A DNA stretch of 64,000 nt from Candidatus Nomurabacteria bacterium (lineage in GTDB: Bacteria; Patescibacteriota; Minisyncoccia; Phycocordibacterales; UBA9973). Positions 48,873-57,835 of the stretch are shown piece by piece. How positions within the stretch are numbered: the stretch's first letter is position 1; each line of letters starts with the position of its first letter. The position numbers and the translations under genes are program-made. The stretch is taken from assembly GCA_943356675.1 (NCBI GenBank), contig CALRFQ010000001.1, positions 4,147 to 68,146 on the forward strand, written 5' to 3'. The notes under the pieces were generated by a model. The model made no database searches, was not told the origin of the DNA, and saw only the letters and a list, made by a program, of their open reading frames with translations.

Positions 48873-50765
48873 CTATTTCTGTTCTCCACTCTCTTTTGCT
48901 TCAGCATCCTTTATTTCTTCAGCTTGAGGTTCTGCAGTTGTGCCGGCTTCAGGAGTAGCGCCGGCTTTTTGCATTGCTTCGCCGATTTTAGACATTTCTG
49001 ATGAAAGATCTTCCACTGCTTTCTTGATAGCATCGATATCTGTGCCACCATTTGCTACACGCACCGCTGCAATTTTCTCTTCCACACTAGCCTTCAAACT
49101 TGCATCCACTTTGTCGCCATATTCTTTGATAGATTTCTCAGCAGAGAAGATTATCATTTCTGCAGAATTCTTTTCATCTACGAATGCTTTCTTCTTTGCA
49201 TCTTCATCAGCGTGAATTTCTGCATCCTGTTGCATTTTCTTGATGTCGGCATCAGTAAGTCCTGAGCCGGCTTCAATGCGGATTGTCTGCTTCTTGCCAC
49301 TTGTCTTTTCCATTGCAGTCACATTTAAGATACCGTTTGCATCCACATCAAATGTAACTTCTACTTGTGGCATTCCGCGTGGTGATGGTGTAATACCATC
49401 GAGGATGAATTTACCGAGAGATTTGTTGTCGCTCGCCATTGGGCGCTCACCTTGAGTGATATGAATTTCCACACTTGTCTGATTGTCCGCAGCTGTAGAG
49501 AAAATTTGAGACTTTGAACTTGGGATAGTTGTATTTCTTTCAACTAGCTTCGTTGCCACACCTCCAAGAGTTTCAATTCCTAGTGATAGCGGAATCACAT
49601 CAAGCAAGAGCACATCCTTCACATCACCTTGTAGCACACCTGCTTGCACTGCAGCTCCGAGAGCCACCACTTCATCAGGATTGATTGAGCGATTTGGCTC
49701 TTTGCCGTTGAATAATTTCTTCACAGCTTCCACTATCGCTGGCATTCTTGTCTGACCTCCTACCATTATGATTTCATTTATTTCACCGATCTTAAATGGA
49801 GATGCGTCCATAGCGCGCTTTGTGATCTCTATAGATTGATCGATAAATTCTTGTGAGAGTGATTCAAGCTGAGCACGAGTCATCTTCTGCACTAGGTGCT
49901 CTGGACCATTTGCACCGCTTGTAATGAATGGAATATTCACTTCTGTTTCTGGAGTTGTAGAAAGCTCAATCTTTGCCTTTTCAGCTGCTTCGTCTAAGCG
50001 CTGTAGTGCAAGAGGATCTTTACTGATATCAAGGCCAGTAGACTTCTTGAATTCTTCTGCAAGCCAGTTGATAATCTTCTGGTCGATATCGCGGCCTCCC
50101 ATGTGTGAGTCACCATCTGTGGACTTCACTTCAATCACATCGTTTGAAACTTCAAGGACAGACACATCAAATGTACCTCCACCGAAGTCGTACACCACAA
50201 TCTTTTCTTCTTTCTTACTATCAAATCCGTATGCGAGAGCGGCTGCTGTAGGCTCATTGATGATTCTCTTCACATCAAGTCCGGCTATAAGCCCTGCATC
50301 CTTTGTGGCCTTTCTTTGTGAGTCGTTGAAGTACGCAGGCACTGTGATGATAGCCTCGGTAATTTTCTCACCAAGCTTCGCTTCCACGTCTGCCTTAATC
50401 TTCGCAAGAATCATTGCAGAAATTTCTTCCGGGCGCTTGTATTCGCCACCGATAGCTACTTCCACTCCGCCATCCTTACCAGCCTGAATTTTAAATGGAG
50501 CAGTCTTCTGTGATTTCTGAATTTCTGGATCTTCGTAGCGGTGACCCATGAATCTCTTGATACCGTAGATAGTATTCTGCGGATTTGTAACTGCCTGACG
50601 CTTCGCAAGAAGGCCCACCAAGCGGTCGCCATTCTTTCCGATCGCCACAATAGAAGGTGTGGTTCTTGCACCCTCAATGTTCTCGATTATCTTTGGCTGT
50701 CCGCCTTCGATTATCGCTACTGCACTATTTGTTGTACCCAAGTCTATACCAATTATTTTACTCAT
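48873..50765 (-). CDS. dnaK: chaperone DnaK (Hsp70)
   Basis: 630 aa; [18 protein letters not shown] signatures. Confidence 0.95.
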   Translation of the reverse strand: MSKIIGIDLGTTNSAVAIIEGGQPKIIENIEGARTTPSIVAIGKNGDRLVGLLAKRQAVTNPQNTIYGIKRFMGHRYEDPEIQKSQKTAPFKIQAGKDGGVEVAIGGEYKRPEEISAMILAKIKADVEAKLGEKITEAIITVPAYFNDSQRKATKDAGLIAGLDVKRIINEPTAAALAYGFDSKKEEKIVVYDFGGGTFDVSVLEVSNDVIEVKSTDGDSHMGGRDIDQKIINWLAEEFKKSTGLDISKDPLALQRLDEAAEKAKIELSTTPETEVNIPFITSGANGPEHLVQKMTRAQLESLSQEFIDQSIEITKRAMDASPFKIGEINEIIMVGGQTRMPAIVEAVKKLFNGKEPNRSINPDEVVALGAAVQAGVLQGDVKDVLLLDVIPLSLGIETLGGVATKLVERNTTIPSSKSQIFSTAADNQTSVEIHITQGERPMASDNKSLGKFILDGITPSPRGMPQVEVTFDVDANGILNVTAMEKTSGKKQTIRIEAGSGLTDADIKKMQQDAEIHADEDAKKKAFVDEKNSAEMIIFSAEKSIKEYGDKVDASLKASVEEKIAAVRVANGGTDIDAIKKAVEDLSSEMSKIGEAMQKAGATPEAGTTAEPQAEEIKDAEAKESGEQK

Positions 50766-50816
50766 ATGTTTATAAAGCGTAGCAAATTATTTTATGAAAA
50801 ATGTCTGGCCTGCCTG

Positions 50817-50832
50817 CGATTCAGCAGAATCG
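50817..50832. promoter_or_regulatory. candidate operator palindrome CGATTC-AGCA-GAATCG in the dnaK / paaX-like divergent region
   Basis: GC-rich palindrome embedded in a 50-bp GC-rich patch (50803..50855) in otherwise AT-rich spacer; half-site resembles the PaaX box TGATTC. Confidence 0.3.
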
Positions 50833-50972
50833 GCTGGACAGGAGATCCGAGGACTTTTTTCAGAATATAATTTGTGTAGCTTAATTACCTATTAATGTTT
50901 TAATAATAATGTATTTTACATGTATTTAGTGGTCACGAAATACTTGTATAATTAGAGTATATATTATAAGAT

Positions 50973-51536
50973 ATGTGTATGTCAAATAAGAGTGATAATT
51001 CTAAGAAAATCATTAAAATACTTAGCCAAAAGCCAGCTGTTGCAGTGAGTGAAATTACAAAGAGTCTGTCCCAGGAAATTGCGCAAGAACAGTTCTTGCG
51101 CCAAAGGAAGAATTCGTATGCAATAACTCGTTCAATAAAAGGCCTAGAAGAGGCAGGATTGATAGAGAATATATCATCAGGCCAAGGATTCTTCGCTCGC
51201 CTCACAAAGGAAGGCAAGAAAAAGGCTATGAGCATTAAGCTTGAGAGCGAGGATAGCCTCGTAAATACTACTTGGGACGGATACTGGCGTGTGATACTCC
51301 TAGACCTCCCAGAAAGTCGTAAGAGTGAGCGTGAATCTCTCCGCTACCTACTCAAGAAAGCCGGCTTCGTGTGCCTAAAGAATTCTGCATGGATCTCCCC
51401 TTACCCATTTGAGCACCTATTCACAAATATTAAAAAAGATCTCGGCCTTACAACCGAGCTTATGATACTAGTCACTCGCCATGTAGACGAAATGACGGAA
51501 TCTTCCCTCTTTGATCTCTTTGGATTTCATAAATAA
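50973..51536 (+). CDS. PaaX-family transcriptional regulator (wHTH + PaaX C-terminal domain)
   Basis: 187 aa; WDGYWRVILLDLPESRKSERESLRYLLKKAGFVCLKNSAWISP matches the PaaX-family core W.G.W..v.f..pe..r..R..lr..L...GF..l...vWv.P. Confidence 0.55.
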   Translation: MCMSNKSDNSKKIIKILSQKPAVAVSEITKSLSQEIAQEQFLRQRKNSYAITRSIKGLEEAGLIENISSGQGFFARLTKEGKKKAMSIKLESEDSLVNTTWDGYWRVILLDLPESRKSERESLRYLLKKAGFVCLKNSAWISPYPFEHLFTNIKKDLGLTTELMILVTRHVDEMTESSLFDLFGFHK

Positions 51537-51539
51537 TAG

Positions 51540-51579
51540 TTGGCTGATATTTTTAACATATGGTAAAAATATCAGCCAA
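51540..51579. terminator. perfect 16-bp AT-rich hairpin between paaX-like and grpE (convergent); candidate bidirectional terminator
   Basis: TTGGCTGATATTTTTA-ACATATGG-TAAAAATATCAGCCAA. Confidence 0.4.
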
Positions 51580-51587
51580 AAATAAAT

Positions 51588-52202
51588 TTACTTTCTATAT
51601 TCAAAAACTACCACGCGGGCTGGGCGGATTATTTTTTCGCCGATTTTGTAGCCGGATTGAGTGACAGATGAGATGGTGTGATCTTTAGATTCATCAGAAG
51701 TTTCTGCTGTGCTGATGCTCTCATGAAGATTTGGATCGAATTTAATTCCAGTCTGGTTTATTGGAGCCACGTTATTGTCCTCTAGAACGCGGTAGAATTG
51801 CGAGCGAATATACTCTATTCCGTTTCTCCAATTCGCATCAACTTTCTCCCAAGCTTCCTTGTTGCCCATTGCCATATCGAAGCTATCTAGGACTGGAAGT
51901 AAGTCCTCTATCATTGCTGTAGTTACATGAGTACGGAGCTCCTTATATTTCTCTCCTTCACTCTTTTGAAGGTTCACATAGTCAGCCTTCGCTCTCTGCC
52001 ATCCTGTGAGGTACTCTTCCTTCTCTTTGCGAGTAAGCTTTAGGTCTGCACGGAGCTTCTTCACCACATCTTTCGTAGGAAGTGCGTCACCATCTTCGTT
52101 GCTTTCTTCATACACCAAATCCTGCTCCGGAATATCTACATGGAGGGCTTCAAGAATTTCTTGGTCAACATCTTTAGTTGTATCTTCATCATTCGTATTC
52201 AT
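51588..52202 (-). CDS. grpE: nucleotide exchange factor GrpE
   Basis: 204 aa; coiled-coil N-terminus and GrpE beta-domain (GYKIGEKIIRPARVVV). Confidence 0.85.
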   Translation of the reverse strand: MNTNDEDTTKDVDQEILEALHVDIPEQDLVYEESNEDGDALPTKDVVKKLRADLKLTRKEKEEYLTGWQRAKADYVNLQKSEGEKYKELRTHVTTAMIEDLLPVLDSFDMAMGNKEAWEKVDANWRNGIEYIRSQFYRVLEDNNVAPINQTGIKFDPNLHESISTAETSDESKDHTISSVTQSGYKIGEKIIRPARVVVFEYRK

Positions 52203-52217
52203 ACGCGCATTATAGCA
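52200..52217 (-). promoter_or_regulatory. extended -10 promoter fused to the grpE start (TGCTATAAT-GCGCGT-ATG), leaderless
   Basis: Minus-strand reading of 52217..52200; lies between the rpsI terminator and the grpE ATG. Confidence 0.5.
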
Positions 52218-52229
52218 AAAATTGGTTAA

Positions 52230-52253
52230 AGAAAAAACCCTCTTTCGAGGGCA
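52230..52253 (-). terminator. rho-independent terminator of the rplM-rpsI operon
   Basis: GCCCTC-GAAA-GAGGGTTTTTTCTTT on minus strand. Confidence 0.6.
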
Positions 52254-52271
52254 TTTCTTCGTGTAATATAA

Positions 52272-52682
52272 TTAACGCTTACTCCACTGTGGAGCTTTGC
52301 GGGCCTTCTTCATACCGAACTTCTTACGTTCAACTTGACGAGGATCACGCTTAAGCATCTTTGCTTTCTTGAGAGTTGTGCGGAGTTCTGCGTCGTGTTC
52401 TACGAGTGCGCGAGAGATTCCGTGGCGAACTGCTTCAGCTTGAGCATGTGAGCCACCACCTTTTGTAGTAACTACTACTTCAAACTTTGGAGTACCACCT
52501 ACTGCTGTGAATGCATCGTTTATGATCTTCTTTAGTTCTGCTGTTGGGAAGTATACTGCGAAGTCTTTGCCGTTTATTGTGTATGAAGTCTTACTAGCTG
52601 GAATGAGCTTCACTACAGCAGTAGCAGTCTTACGACGGCCGATTGCGCGAATGTATTCTTTTGTGTTTGCTTTCTTTTCCAT
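52272..52682 (-). CDS. rpsI: 30S ribosomal protein S9
   Basis: 136 aa; GGGSHAQAEAVRHGISRAL and C-terminal KKFGMKKARKAPQWSKR. Confidence 0.9.
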   Translation of the reverse strand: MEKKANTKEYIRAIGRRKTATAVVKLIPASKTSYTINGKDFAVYFPTAELKKIINDAFTAVGGTPKFEVVVTTKGGGSHAQAEAVRHGISRALVEHDAELRTTLKKAKMLKRDPRQVERKKFGMKKARKAPQWSKR

Positions 52683-52686
52683 AATA

Positions 52687-53052
52687 TTATTCTGTTACTG
52701 TTAAGTTCTTCATCATACCATCGCGTAGTTTGTTTGCTGGAAGCATGTTGAATATCGCGAGCTTGTATAGCTCTACGAAGCCTTTGTGAGTGATGATTGT
52801 AGCATTACTCTTAAGCTTAAGTCCTCCTGGACGTCCAGAATACTTTTCATGCATTGTTTCAAGCTTTCTTTTCTCAGTCATCTTAGTCTTACTTGCGTTT
52901 ATGATTGTAACTTTTGTCTTTGGAGCAACGTTTGGAGAATAGTCTGGTGAATCCTTACCCATAAGCATTTTAGCTACCTCGGATGAGAGACGACCTAGAA
53001 CTTTATCTGTTGCATCAACTGTGATTGTTTTGTTTGTCATATAATTATACAA
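52687..53052 (-). CDS. rplM: 50S ribosomal protein L13
   Basis: 121 aa; VDATDKVLGRLSSEVAKML. Confidence 0.85.
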   Translation of the reverse strand: MYNYMTNKTITVDATDKVLGRLSSEVAKMLMGKDSPDYSPNVAPKTKVTIINASKTKMTEKRKLETMHEKYSGRPGGLKLKSNATIITHKGFVELYKLAIFNMLPANKLRDGMMKNLTVTE

Positions 53053-53398
53053 ATTCTATTACAGCCATCTTTGCAGCGTCACCGGCGCGTCTTGGCAATT
53101 TAGTAATACGAGTGTAACCTCCTGTGCGATCCTTGTACTTTGGGGCAATGATATCGATAAGCTTTCCAGCCTCTGCGGTAAGGTTGTAAAGGCGAGCTAT
53201 CACAAGACGGCGTGAGTGGATAGTACCTCCGTTTGCAGTCGTAATGAGCTTCTCAATGTGTGGGCGGAGTTCCTTTGCTTTCGCTTCAGTAGTCTCGATA
53301 CGGCCGTGAGCAATAATAGCAAGCATCAAACCCTTAAGTAGAGAGTGACGTTGGTTTCTTGTTCTTCCGAATTTTCTGTTATGGTTGTGATGTCTCAT
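53045..53398 (-). CDS. rplQ: 50S ribosomal protein L17
   Basis: 117 aa; MRHHNHNRKFGRTRNQRHSLLKGL. Confidence 0.85.
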   Translation of the reverse strand: MRHHNHNRKFGRTRNQRHSLLKGLMLAIIAHGRIETTEAKAKELRPHIEKLITTANGGTIHSRRLVIARLYNLTAEAGKLIDIIAPKYKDRTGGYTRITKLPRRAGDAAKMAVIEFV

Positions 53399-53423
53399 AA
53401 ATTAATTTCTAATGTTTTAATAA

Positions 53424-54404
53424 TTATTCTTTAAGTGAAATTCCGTATGCAGTCAAAACTTTCTTGATTTCTTGAATGCCTTTCTCACCTATTCCTTCGA
53501 TCTCAAGAAGGTCTTCTTTCTTCTTGCGAGCGATACCACCTACAGTGCGGATGTTTGCACTCATAAGTGAATTTAATGTTCTTGTTGAGAAATCAAGTGT
53601 GTCGATACGAGTTTTCAAGATGTCAGTGAATTCACCACCTTCTTCTTTACTATCTTTATCTTCCTTCTCACTATTTGTATCATCGTGAGCAACTTCCTTC
53701 GCTGTGTTTCGGCTCACGCTAAAACCAACGATTGATTCTAATTGCTGTACCATGATTGAAATAGATTGCTCAAGAGCTTCACGAGGTGTAAGAGTACCGT
53801 CTGTCTCGATAGTCATACGTAGACGGTTGTGGTTTGTCTTGTCTCCCACGCGCATGTTCTCTACTTCGTAAGCAACACGGCGGATAGGAGTGAAGATTGC
53901 GTCTACTGAGATAGATCCGATGTCAGTCTTCATTTTCTGGTGCATATCCTTTGCAACGAAACCAAGGCCTTTCACGATTGTCATTTCAATATTCAAATTT
54001 GCCTTGTCTGTTATCTCTGCAATGTACAAGTCTTTGTTTAGAACTTCTACTTGTCCAGAAACTGTAATATCACCTGCAGTAACTAGCTTTGGGCCTTTTA
54101 CTGAAAGTGTCACTGTCTGAGGCTCGTCTGTAAACAAACGAAAACGAACCTGCTTAAGGTGTAGAAGCATTGTTATCACATCTTCTTTCACACCGTCTAG
54201 CACTGAGAATTCATGCTCAACACCATCAATCTTAAGTGAAGTAATAGCTGCACCTGGTAGAGATGATAGGATAATACGGCGTAGTGAATTACCTAGAGTA
54301 TGTCCATACCCAGGGTAAAGTCCGTCTATTTCATAGATGCCTTTTTTTGCATCTTCAGAAACGACTGCTAATTTAGATGGTAACAAAACTTGTATATCAG
54401 ACAT
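53424..54404 (-). CDS. rpoA: DNA-directed RNA polymerase alpha subunit
   Basis: 326 aa; N-terminal dimerisation domain and C-terminal alpha-CTD (HhH). Confidence 0.9.
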   Translation of the reverse strand: MSDIQVLLPSKLAVVSEDAKKGIYEIDGLYPGYGHTLGNSLRRIILSSLPGAAITSLKIDGVEHEFSVLDGVKEDVITMLLHLKQVRFRLFTDEPQTVTLSVKGPKLVTAGDITVSGQVEVLNKDLYIAEITDKANLNIEMTIVKGLGFVAKDMHQKMKTDIGSISVDAIFTPIRRVAYEVENMRVGDKTNHNRLRMTIETDGTLTPREALEQSISIMVQQLESIVGFSVSRNTAKEVAHDDTNSEKEDKDSKEEGGEFTDILKTRIDTLDFSTRTLNSLMSANIRTVGGIARKKKEDLLEIEGIGEKGIQEIKKVLTAYGISLKE

Positions 54405-54467
54405 ATGATTTTGGCAGCCGAAGCTGCATATATATTTATTATTTATTAAAAATAACCATACGCTCTA

Positions 54468-55076
54468 TTAACGACTATAGAACTCAAGCACAGTTGGAAG
54501 ATCAAGATACCCTTCAGTATTCTTCATCTTACCTTGAACGACTCCTGATAAAGTAGCGACATTAAATGTTAGCCAGTTTGGAATTGTGTAGTCTTTCTGC
54601 TTCTTATCCATTTCAGCGAATAGTGGACTCTTCTTACTACCTTCGCGAACTGCGATTACATCACCAACGCGAACTCTTTGTGATGCAACTGTAGTCTTCT
54701 TACCATTTACTGTAATGTGACCGTGAGATGTCATTTGGCGAGATAGACGGCGTGTGTGTGCTAGTCCTAGGCGGTATACAACGTTATCAAGTCTTGATTC
54801 TAGAAGTTCAAATAAGTAGTCAGCTGCAATTACTCCCTTGTGAGCAACTGCTTCGTTGATGTAGTTTGAAAATTGCTTTTCTGAGATACCATAAGTAAAA
54901 CGAACTTTCTGCTTCTCGATGAACTGAGCAGCATATCCAGAAAGTGCCTTTGGGCGCTTGTCTTTCTTACCTTTATCATGACGAGCTACAGATGCGACGA
55001 ATTTAGGTGTTTGACATTTTTCAAACACACCTGGACCTAATCTTCTACAAATTTTATATTTTTGGACTGTTTTCAT
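54468..55076 (-). CDS. rpsD: 30S ribosomal protein S4
   Basis: 202 aa; S4 domain. Confidence 0.9.
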   Translation of the reverse strand: MKTVQKYKICRRLGPGVFEKCQTPKFVASVARHDKGKKDKRPKALSGYAAQFIEKQKVRFTYGISEKQFSNYINEAVAHKGVIAADYLFELLESRLDNVVYRLGLAHTRRLSRQMTSHGHITVNGKKTTVASQRVRVGDVIAVREGSKKSPLFAEMDKKQKDYTIPNWLTFNVATLSGVVQGKMKNTEGYLDLPTVLEFYSR

Positions 55077-55081
55077 ATGTT

Positions 55082-55531
55082 TTATACGCGACGTGGCTTC
55101 TTAGGCTTTGGACCATTGTGTGGCACTGGAGTGACATCTCTGATTGTTGAAATCTCGATGTCAAATGCCATAAATGCACGAATAGTTGGCTCTCGTCCTG
55201 AACCTACACCTTTAACTACTACATCTACTTCCTTGATTCCAAGAGCTTTTGCCTTTTCACCAAGTACATTTCCTACCTTTGATGCTGCGAATGGAGTTCC
55301 CTTCTTTGCGCCTTTAAATCCTAGGCTACCTGCTGATGATGAGAATATAGTATTGCCTTGCTTGTCGGAAACAACTGCTTTAGTGTTGTTAAAAGTAGCT
55401 TCAATATGGAGAGTTCCAGCGACCACCTTTTTCTTTGGTGACTTACCAGATGTTTTCACTACCGGTGCTGCTACTACTCCTTCTACTACCTTCTCTTCCT
55501 CTTTTTTAGTTGTAACTTTTTTTGTTGGCAT
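55082..55531 (-). CDS. rpsK: 30S ribosomal protein S11 (Lys-rich N-terminal extension)
   Basis: 149 aa. Confidence 0.9.
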   Translation of the reverse strand: MPTKKVTTKKEEEKVVEGVVAAPVVKTSGKSPKKKVVAGTLHIEATFNNTKAVVSDKQGNTIFSSSAGSLGFKGAKKGTPFAASKVGNVLGEKAKALGIKEVDVVVKGVGSGREPTIRAFMAFDIEISTIRDVTPVPHNGPKPKKPRRV

Positions 55532-55545
55532 AATATTATTTAAAA

Positions 55546-55926
55546 TTATTTCTTAGCTTCCTTTCGGCGACCGGATGCCATTGTCTTTCTAACGTTTCCA
55601 CGAACTGTACGAGAGTTTGTCTTTGTGCGCTGGCCATTTACTGGAAGCTTTCTCATATGTCTTACTCCGCGGTAAGCTTTGATGTCCTTCAAACGCTTAA
55701 TGTTTGCAGAAATTTCACGCTTAAGGTTACCTTCAATACTAAAACCTTCTATGATCTTTCTGATAGCGTTCTCTTCATCTACAGTAAGAGTGTCGCCCTT
55801 TGTACGAGGGTCGATCTTTACTTCTTTCAAAACTTTGCGGGCACGAGATAGACCAATACCATAAAGCGCTGTGAGCGCGATATCTAAATGCTTATCATTA
55901 GGAATGTTTATACCGAGTATTCTCAT
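55546..55926 (-). CDS. rpsM: 30S ribosomal protein S13
   Basis: 126 aa; MRILGINIP. Confidence 0.9.
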   Translation of the reverse strand: MRILGINIPNDKHLDIALTALYGIGLSRARKVLKEVKIDPRTKGDTLTVDEENAIRKIIEGFSIEGNLKREISANIKRLKDIKAYRGVRHMRKLPVNGQRTKTNSRTVRGNVRKTMASGRRKEAKK

Positions 55927-55929
55927 AAA

Positions 55930-56040
55930 TTATTGCTTTTGTTTATGCTTAGGGTTCTCACAAATAACAAGAACATGGCCAGCTCTCTTGACCATTTTAC
56001 ATTTCGCACAAATTTTTTTAACTGCTGATTTAATTTTCAT
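55930..56040 (-). CDS. rpmJ: 50S ribosomal protein L36
   Basis: Hand-translated 36-aa [39 protein letters not shown] (C-x2-C-x12-C-x4-H zinc ribbon); below the ORF-track size cutoff. Confidence 0.8.
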   Translation of the reverse strand: MKIKSAVKKICAKCKMVKRAGHVLVICENPKHKQKQ

Positions 56041-56171
56041 TGGTAATAAAATAACGTATAAAATAACGAAAGAAAATATAGGGTTTTAACCCTGTATTTG
56101 TGATTCGGGATATATGGGACTATAATACACTATATCTTTATTTAATGCAAGCCCTTGTGTGTGGACCCATA

Positions 56172-56387
56172 TTAAACACGCTTGATGATCCTTCCTTTTC
56201 CACCGTAAGGGTCGATAAGCACCTCAACTCTGTCTCCTACAAGCACCTTAATGCGGTGCATTCGCATCTTACCAGAAAGATAAGCGATGATTAATTTATC
56301 ATCGCCTAAATCTACTCTGAAAAGAGTATTTGGGAGTGCCTCAGTTACCGTCGCCATTAAAGTATTGTTTTCGTTTTGTTGATTCAT
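56172..56387 (-). CDS. infA: translation initiation factor IF-1
   Basis: 71 aa; S1-like fold LSGKMRMHRIKVLVGDRVEVLIDPY. Confidence 0.85.
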   Translation of the reverse strand: MNQQNENNTLMATVTEALPNTLFRVDLGDDKLIIAYLSGKMRMHRIKVLVGDRVEVLIDPYGGKGRIIKRV

Positions 56388-56434
56388 GAAATAGTTAGTA
56401 CATAATACTAAACTAATGAGGAATAGTCAATATA

Positions 56435-57835
56435 TTATTCTACTGAAATCTTTATGTGAGAGATATCCTCTGGTAATTTTGACTGCCATGGTGGGCGGAA
56501 GATGGCTCTCGCCTTTGCTATGCCTGGATCGCTTAAATAAAATGTATCTAGTGATTCCTTGTCAGTACCAATTATCTTATTTTTTAAAATATCTACATAC
56601 GGCTTCCAAAGCAGTGTATCCTCTCCAGTTAAATTGAATTTAAAATTAGTAGTAGATTTATTTATCAAAGTATTTGTATCCGTATACGCAAACACAAATT
56701 CTTTCATTTTCTGTGAATATATCTCCTTCACCTCTTCATCCTTCACATCAGAATAAGTGGACCGAATGAGTGCAACATTCAATTCGTCAATTTTAAATAT
56801 AGGAGCTGAAAGCGTGCCAGTGATAGTCACAGTACCTTCTGGAGTCTTCGATTCAAAAACTTCATCACTGATTTTCTTTGAGAACTGCATGCTTCCTGTG
56901 TATACGATGTATCCGGGAGGCACTTGAGCCTGAAGCTTCTTTACAAGCTTGTTGTATAGAGCTGTACCAGAATCCACTATCACCTTTCCCTTGTCTTGAG
57001 CTGAGAGCATATAATATTGCCCTGTTCTACCTAGAGAAAGCGATCCATTTGACCTCGCGTATATCTTCGTAGCTTTCGTCGTGCCCTTAAAGCCTACAAT
57101 GGAGAAGTCTCTGGGCTCACCATTGTATTTTTCACCAGCAAGAGCTGCTGTCACATTTACTGCAATACTCCCAGGTATGATTTTTGTGCCACTTGTCTTG
57201 TAGCCAGGAATAGATATTTCTTTATCGGTGAGGTAAACATTCAGCTTGTCATCAATTAATTTTGTATTTATCAATAATTTTTGAGGTTTCGTACTGAATT
57301 CGTTGTAAATATAAACTTCACCCTTAGCTTTTGTAGATACATCTTTGCTTTCAGTGAATACAGCATCTTGCTTATCCTCACCATCTACTATCATTATCTC
57401 GAAATGTAGTGGCATATTTTCCGCCTTACTCGCAGTAAAACCTTCCTTGCTTAATGTGTAAGCCTGAGTTTTTGGAGTAATATCAATATATACATATGAA
57501 AAGTATTTGTTTATCAATAAAACTACACCGAGAACAAATAGGACTGCAATTACAATAATAAAGATAAGTTTTTTATTCACATTATTCCTTCTTTGAGGAA
57601 CATATTTTTCTGGAGTAATAATTTCCACCTTCGGTAAGATATTTACGATAGGTTCGGGCTGAGGTTTTGAACTTAGGTCTTCTTCGTATTCAGATCCTGT
57701 GATTTTTACCGCGGGTGTCCTTAGCTCCTCAATCTTTATCTTCTCGATATTTGGAATTTTCCTGCCACCTTGTGGCACTATATCTTGAATAATACTATTT
57801 TTCATAATTTGTTCTCGAAGCAGCGATGGCTTCAA
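56435..57835 (-). CDS. hypothetical bitopic membrane protein (possible PilN/PilO-like pilus assembly partner)
   Basis: 466 aa; about 90-aa cytoplasmic N-terminus, one TM (LIFIIVIAVLFVLGVVLLI), large beta-rich ectodomain; overlaps the upstream PilM-like gene by 41 nt. Confidence 0.45.
   Translation of the reverse strand: MKPSLLREQIMKNSIIQDIVPQGGRKIPNIEKIKIEELRTPAVKITGSEYEEDLSSKPQPEPIVNILPKVEIITPEKYVPQRRNNVNKKLIFIIVIAVLFVLGVVLLINKYFSYVYIDITPKTQAYTLSKEGFTASKAENMPLHFEIMIVDGEDKQDAVFTESKDVSTKAKGEVYIYNEFSTKPQKLLINTKLIDDKLNVYLTDKEISIPGYKTSGTKIIPGSIAVNVTAALAGEKYNGEPRDFSIVGFKGTTKATKIYARSNGSLSLGRTGQYYMLSAQDKGKVIVDSGTALYNKLVKKLQAQVPPGYIVYTGSMQFSKKISDEVFESKTPEGTVTITGTLSAPIFKIDELNVALIRSTYSDVKDEEVKEIYSQKMKEFVFAYTDTNTLINKSTTNFKFNLTGEDTLLWKPYVDILKNKIIGTDKESLDTFYLSDPGIAKARAIFRPPWQSKLPEDISHIKISVE

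Noticed and set aside
50766-52271. CIRCE element (TTAGCACTC-N9-GAGTGCTAA) upstream of dnaK or grpE
   Set aside because: Neither half-site is present in either spacer, and no hrcA-like ORF is adjacent.
56100-56294. Plus-strand 64-aa ORF
   Set aside because: Entirely antisense to the well-supported infA gene.
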